Of a DNA stretch of 64,000 bases, positions 61,319-64,000 are shown piece after piece. The position numbers and the translations under genes are program-made. The notes below the pieces were generated by a model that saw nothing but the letters and a program-made list of their open reading frames with translations, searched no databases and was not told the DNA's origin. The DNA is from an uncultured Pseudomonadota bacterium (GTDB lineage Bacteria; Oederibacteriota; Muellerivitia; Muellerivitales; Muellerivitaceae), in contig CAVYRH010000026.1 of the NCBI GenBank assembly GCA_963770835.1, positions 1-64,000 on the forward strand, read 5' to 3'. How positions within the stretch are numbered: the first letter of the stretch is position 1; each line of letters opens with the position of its first letter.

Positions 61319-61689
61319 TCCTTGTGGATACTTCTGTTTGGGTGGAGTACCTCAAAGGGCATCAACCTTATCTCGACCAGATGGAACAATTGCTTGAAGA
61401 CCGCCAGATTCTTGCGATTGAACCTGTTTTCGGTGAACTTCTTCAAGGCGCCAAGGATGACCGCGAAAGACGGGTCCTTTTGGAATTTTGGGGAAACCTG
61501 CCAAAGAGTCCGATGCAAGGGGCCTGGGTCAAAGCGGGTGAATTATCCTCCCGAAACAAATGGATCGATCATGGAATCGGACTCATTGACGCAGTCTTGA
61601 TCATTTCCGCGCGGGATTCGAAAGCGAAGGTTTGGACTTTAGATAAAAAGCTAAAGACCGTTTTGCATAAAAACGAGAATTTTGAATAG
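61315..61689 (+). CDS. VapC PIN toxin
   Basis: MILVDTSVW, GELLQG, IDAVL, WTLDKKL. Confidence 0.9.
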   Translation: MILVDTSVWVEYLKGHQPYLDQMEQLLEDRQILAIEPVFGELLQGAKDDRERRVLLEFWGNLPKSPMQGAWVKAGELSSRNKWIDHGIGLIDAVLIISARDSKAKVWTLDKKLKTVLHKNENFE

Positions 61690-61913
61690 TTTGATCGTCC
61701 ACGATGGGGGAACAAAGTGGCATGGCTTATACGGGGACCGCTTCCCTACCCCTTGGGTGGATTCGAAGAAGGCGCCCCCGAAACCCCATCCCCGGGGCCG
61801 GTAAAGGCGTTGTAAATCCTCCATTCCCCGTCCGTTTTCTTCCTTTCCACTGCTTTTATTTTGTGTGATACTTTTTCCCGTTTCCCGTTAGTTTGAAGCG
61901 TATGGAGCCCCGA

Positions 61914-62279
61914 ATGTATTGCCCCAAATGCGGCGCCCAAAACAGCGACGAAAGCCTCAAGTGCAGTGAATGCGGGAAAGTCCTCAAGACGATCGCCGCA
62001 CCCTCCAGCGACCCCATTGCCACCCTTATCCCCTACAAAAACGCCAAGGCTTTGATCGCCTATTACCTGGCCGTCTTTTCCCTTATCCCCTGTCTGGGCT
62101 CCCCCTTGGGGATCGCCGCGTTTGTTTTGGGTTTGCAGGGGTTGAAGGAAGCCCAGATCCATCCGGAGGCCAAGGGAAAGGTCCACGCCTGGATCGGAAT
62201 ACTGGGGGGTGGGTTGTTCGGCTTGATCTATACCGTTTCCATCCTGGTTTGGGTTTTTTTCGCGATTTTTAAAAAATAA
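61914..62279 (+). CDS. Zinc-ribbon plus 2-TM (DUF4190-like) protein
   Basis: CPKCG..N...CSECG, GK.HAWIGI.LG. Confidence 0.75.
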   Translation: MYCPKCGAQNSDESLKCSECGKVLKTIAAPSSDPIATLIPYKNAKALIAYYLAVFSLIPCLGSPLGIAAFVLGLQGLKEAQIHPEAKGKVHAWIGILGGGLFGLIYTVSILVWVFFAIFKK

Positions 62280-62293
62280 CTGAAGGACCCAGA

Positions 62294-62635
62294 ATGTTTT
62301 GCACCCATTGCGGGGCGAAGAACAAGGCAAAGGCGGCCAAATGCGTCAAATGCGGCGAACCCCTCGCCACGGCCCCTACCCAGGAGGTTATCCCCAATTA
62401 CCTGGTCCAGGCCATCCTTTCCACCATTTGCTGCTGCGTGCCTTTTGGGATCGTGGCCATCGTCTACGCCGCCCAAGTGAACTCCAAAATCCAGGCCCAA
62501 GATTGGGCGGGGGCGAGGAGTTGCTCCCGGCTGGCCAAGACCTGGGCCTGGGTGGCTTTTGGGTGCGGCATGGTGGGAGGCGTCCTCTATCTCATTTTGG
62601 GGGTTGTGAGCGCCTTCGTGGACCATCCCAGGTAA
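62294..62635 (+). CDS. Zinc-ribbon CD225/dispanin family protein
   Basis: CTHCG...CVKCG, PNYLVQAILSTICCCVPFGIVAIVYAAQVN, AKTW. Confidence 0.9.
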   Translation: MFCTHCGAKNKAKAAKCVKCGEPLATAPTQEVIPNYLVQAILSTICCCVPFGIVAIVYAAQVNSKIQAQDWAGARSCSRLAKTWAWVAFGCGMVGGVLYLILGVVSAFVDHPR

Positions 62636-62752
62636 AAGGAAGCCGAAATCCCCGAAGTGCGGGGATCATCCGCATCAAAGAGGGGAAGGAATCCGGGTTG
62701 GAGGTTTGTTTTTGGGCGCTGTGGAAGAAGGATAAATCAAGGAGGATCAGAC

Positions 62753-63028
62753 ATGGCTGAAAGTAAATCCGTACCGAATTATTTAGTGCAGGCCATCCTT
62801 TGCACCATCTTTTGCTGCCTTCCCTTTGGGATCGTCTCCATCGTTTACGCGGCCCAGGTCAACGGCAAGGTCGCCGCGGGGGACATGGCCGGCGCCGAAG
62901 CGGCATCTAAAAGCGCCAAAACCTGGTGCTGGGTCGCCTTTGGGATCGGCTTGGCCGGAATCATCCTTTACATGGTGTTTGTGGGCGCCGCGGTGATCAT
63001 TCCCCTGGTCATGAAGCATCAGTCGTAA
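62753..63028 (+). CDS. CD225/dispanin family protein
   Basis: PNYLVQAILCTIFCCLPFGIVSIVYAAQVN...GD.AGA..ASKSAKTW. Confidence 0.92.
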   Translation: MAESKSVPNYLVQAILCTIFCCLPFGIVSIVYAAQVNGKVAAGDMAGAEAASKSAKTWCWVAFGIGLAGIILYMVFVGAAVIIPLVMKHQS

Positions 63029-63098
63029 AAGGTTTTTGGGTGAAGGGGTTGTTTTGAGGGTTGCGGGTCAAAGAAGGAAAACCAAGGAGGAACCAGAT

Positions 63099-63383
63099 AT
63101 GGCTGAAAATAAACCGGTTTCGAATTATTTAGTCTTTGCCATCCTAACCACTGTTTGCTGCTGCATGCCCTTCGGGTTACCGGCGGTCTATTTCGCCGGC
63201 AAAGTGAATGGTTATGTCGCGGCGGGCGACATGGCCGGCGCCGAGGCCGCTTCCCAGAACGCCAAGAAGTGGTGCTTTGTCGCTTTGGGCGTCGGGATTG
63301 CCGCGTGGATCCTCTGGGTTGTGTTCGAGGCTTCCATCATCGCGCTCGTCCACAGTCAAATGCCGCAATTGGGCCAACACTGA
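63099..63383 (+). CDS. CD225/dispanin family protein
   Basis: NYLVFAILTTVCCCMPFG...GD.AGA..AS.NAKKW. Confidence 0.9.
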   Translation: MAENKPVSNYLVFAILTTVCCCMPFGLPAVYFAGKVNGYVAAGDMAGAEAASQNAKKWCFVALGVGIAAWILWVVFEASIIALVHSQMPQLGQH

Positions 63384-63510
63384 CCGACAGCCTGACTCGT
63401 TTTTAGATTTTTTCCCCATGCCTTGTTTTTGAAACCAAAGGCAGGGCGTGGGAATTTTTTTGCTTTCGGATGCTAATACCCCCTTTGGGGGATATCAGGG
63501 AATCACCGAT

Positions 63511-63900
63511 ATGGAACTTTTCCAGAAACATCCCGTTTTGACGAAGGTTGTTCTCTTGGCAGCGGCCGCCGCGGGCCTGACTTTTCTTTACTTCTTCAAA
63601 CCTGGCACCTTTCACTATCCCACCTGCGTCTTTCACGACTTGACCGGGCTTTATTGCCCCGGTTGCGGTTCCACCCGCGCGCTTTACCAGCTTCTTCACG
63701 GGAACTTCCTCACGGCCCTTCATGACAACGCCATGGCGGTTTTGGCCGTGCCGTTTTTCGTTTATGCGGCGGTCCGGAAGAGGCCCCTTTCGGAAATCCA
63801 CCCTTTCTGGGTTTGGGGTATTTTTTATATGTTGGTGGTTTTCACCATTCTTAGGAACATCCCGCTTTTTCCCTTTACCTACCTGGCCCCCCTGAATTGA
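63511..63900 (+). CDS. DUF2752 membrane protein
   Basis: CVFHDLTGLYCPGCGSTRA...LLHG....A...N, ILRN. Confidence 0.9.
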   Translation: MELFQKHPVLTKVVLLAAAAAGLTFLYFFKPGTFHYPTCVFHDLTGLYCPGCGSTRALYQLLHGNFLTALHDNAMAVLAVPFFVYAAVRKRPLSEIHPFWVWGIFYMLVVFTILRNIPLFPFTYLAPLN

Positions 63901-64000
63901 CCGCCTGCCACCCGTTGACAGACGGACCAGGCCTGGCGACACTAAATCCGAACTATATTTGAAATTAAGGGCACCACTAAAAAAAACTTCAACGGCACCC

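Noticed and set aside
44500..61700. Integron cassette array or prophage
   Set aside because: No intI, no recognisable attC structures, mixed gene orientation and no phage structural genes.

Overview
A moderately GC-rich bacterial chromosomal window, probably diderm (it has a TonB receptor and lipoproteins). The taxon cannot be determined from the sequence alone. From left to right: (1) 0-4.2 kb and 12.5-16.1 kb hold a cobalamin uptake/salvage locus with two BtuF-like proteins, a B12 riboswitch, btuB, cbiX, cobS, cobT and cobU. (2) It is split by an 11-gene operon at 4.2-12.5 kb with a winged-helix regulator and two matching operators, ispH, an MpaB/DUF2236-like oxygenase, three paralogous membrane proteins and a linalool dehydratase/isomerase-like protein. 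This is a candidate undescribed isoprenoid-modifying system. (3) 16.3-33.5 kb holds the usual origin-proximal genes (rpmH, rnpA, yidD, yidC, jag, mnmE, mnmG, rsmG, recF, DUF721, gyrB, gyrA), all co-oriented, with two parS sites but no dnaA, dnaN, parA or parB. (4) 33.7-44.4 kb holds a 1101-aa histidine pseudokinase with a long Pro-rich tail, plus secreted NHL, Ig-like and S53 protease genes. (5) 44.5-61.7 kb is an accessory/defence island with four TA pairs, Fic, two HNH proteins, a ParB-like gene carrying in-frame palindromic elements, and cargo blocks separated by repeated remnants of one XRE-HTH gene end. (6) 61.9-63.9 kb holds three tandem CD225/dispanin (IFITM-like) genes plus DUF2752. 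Several REP/MITE families are present, including one nested MITE with a target-site duplication. Clustered single-base frameshifts at 14.6-18.9 kb are most likely sequencing errors. I found no rRNA, tRNA, CRISPR array, integrase or transposase. All family assignments come from motif recognition by eye; no database searches were run.
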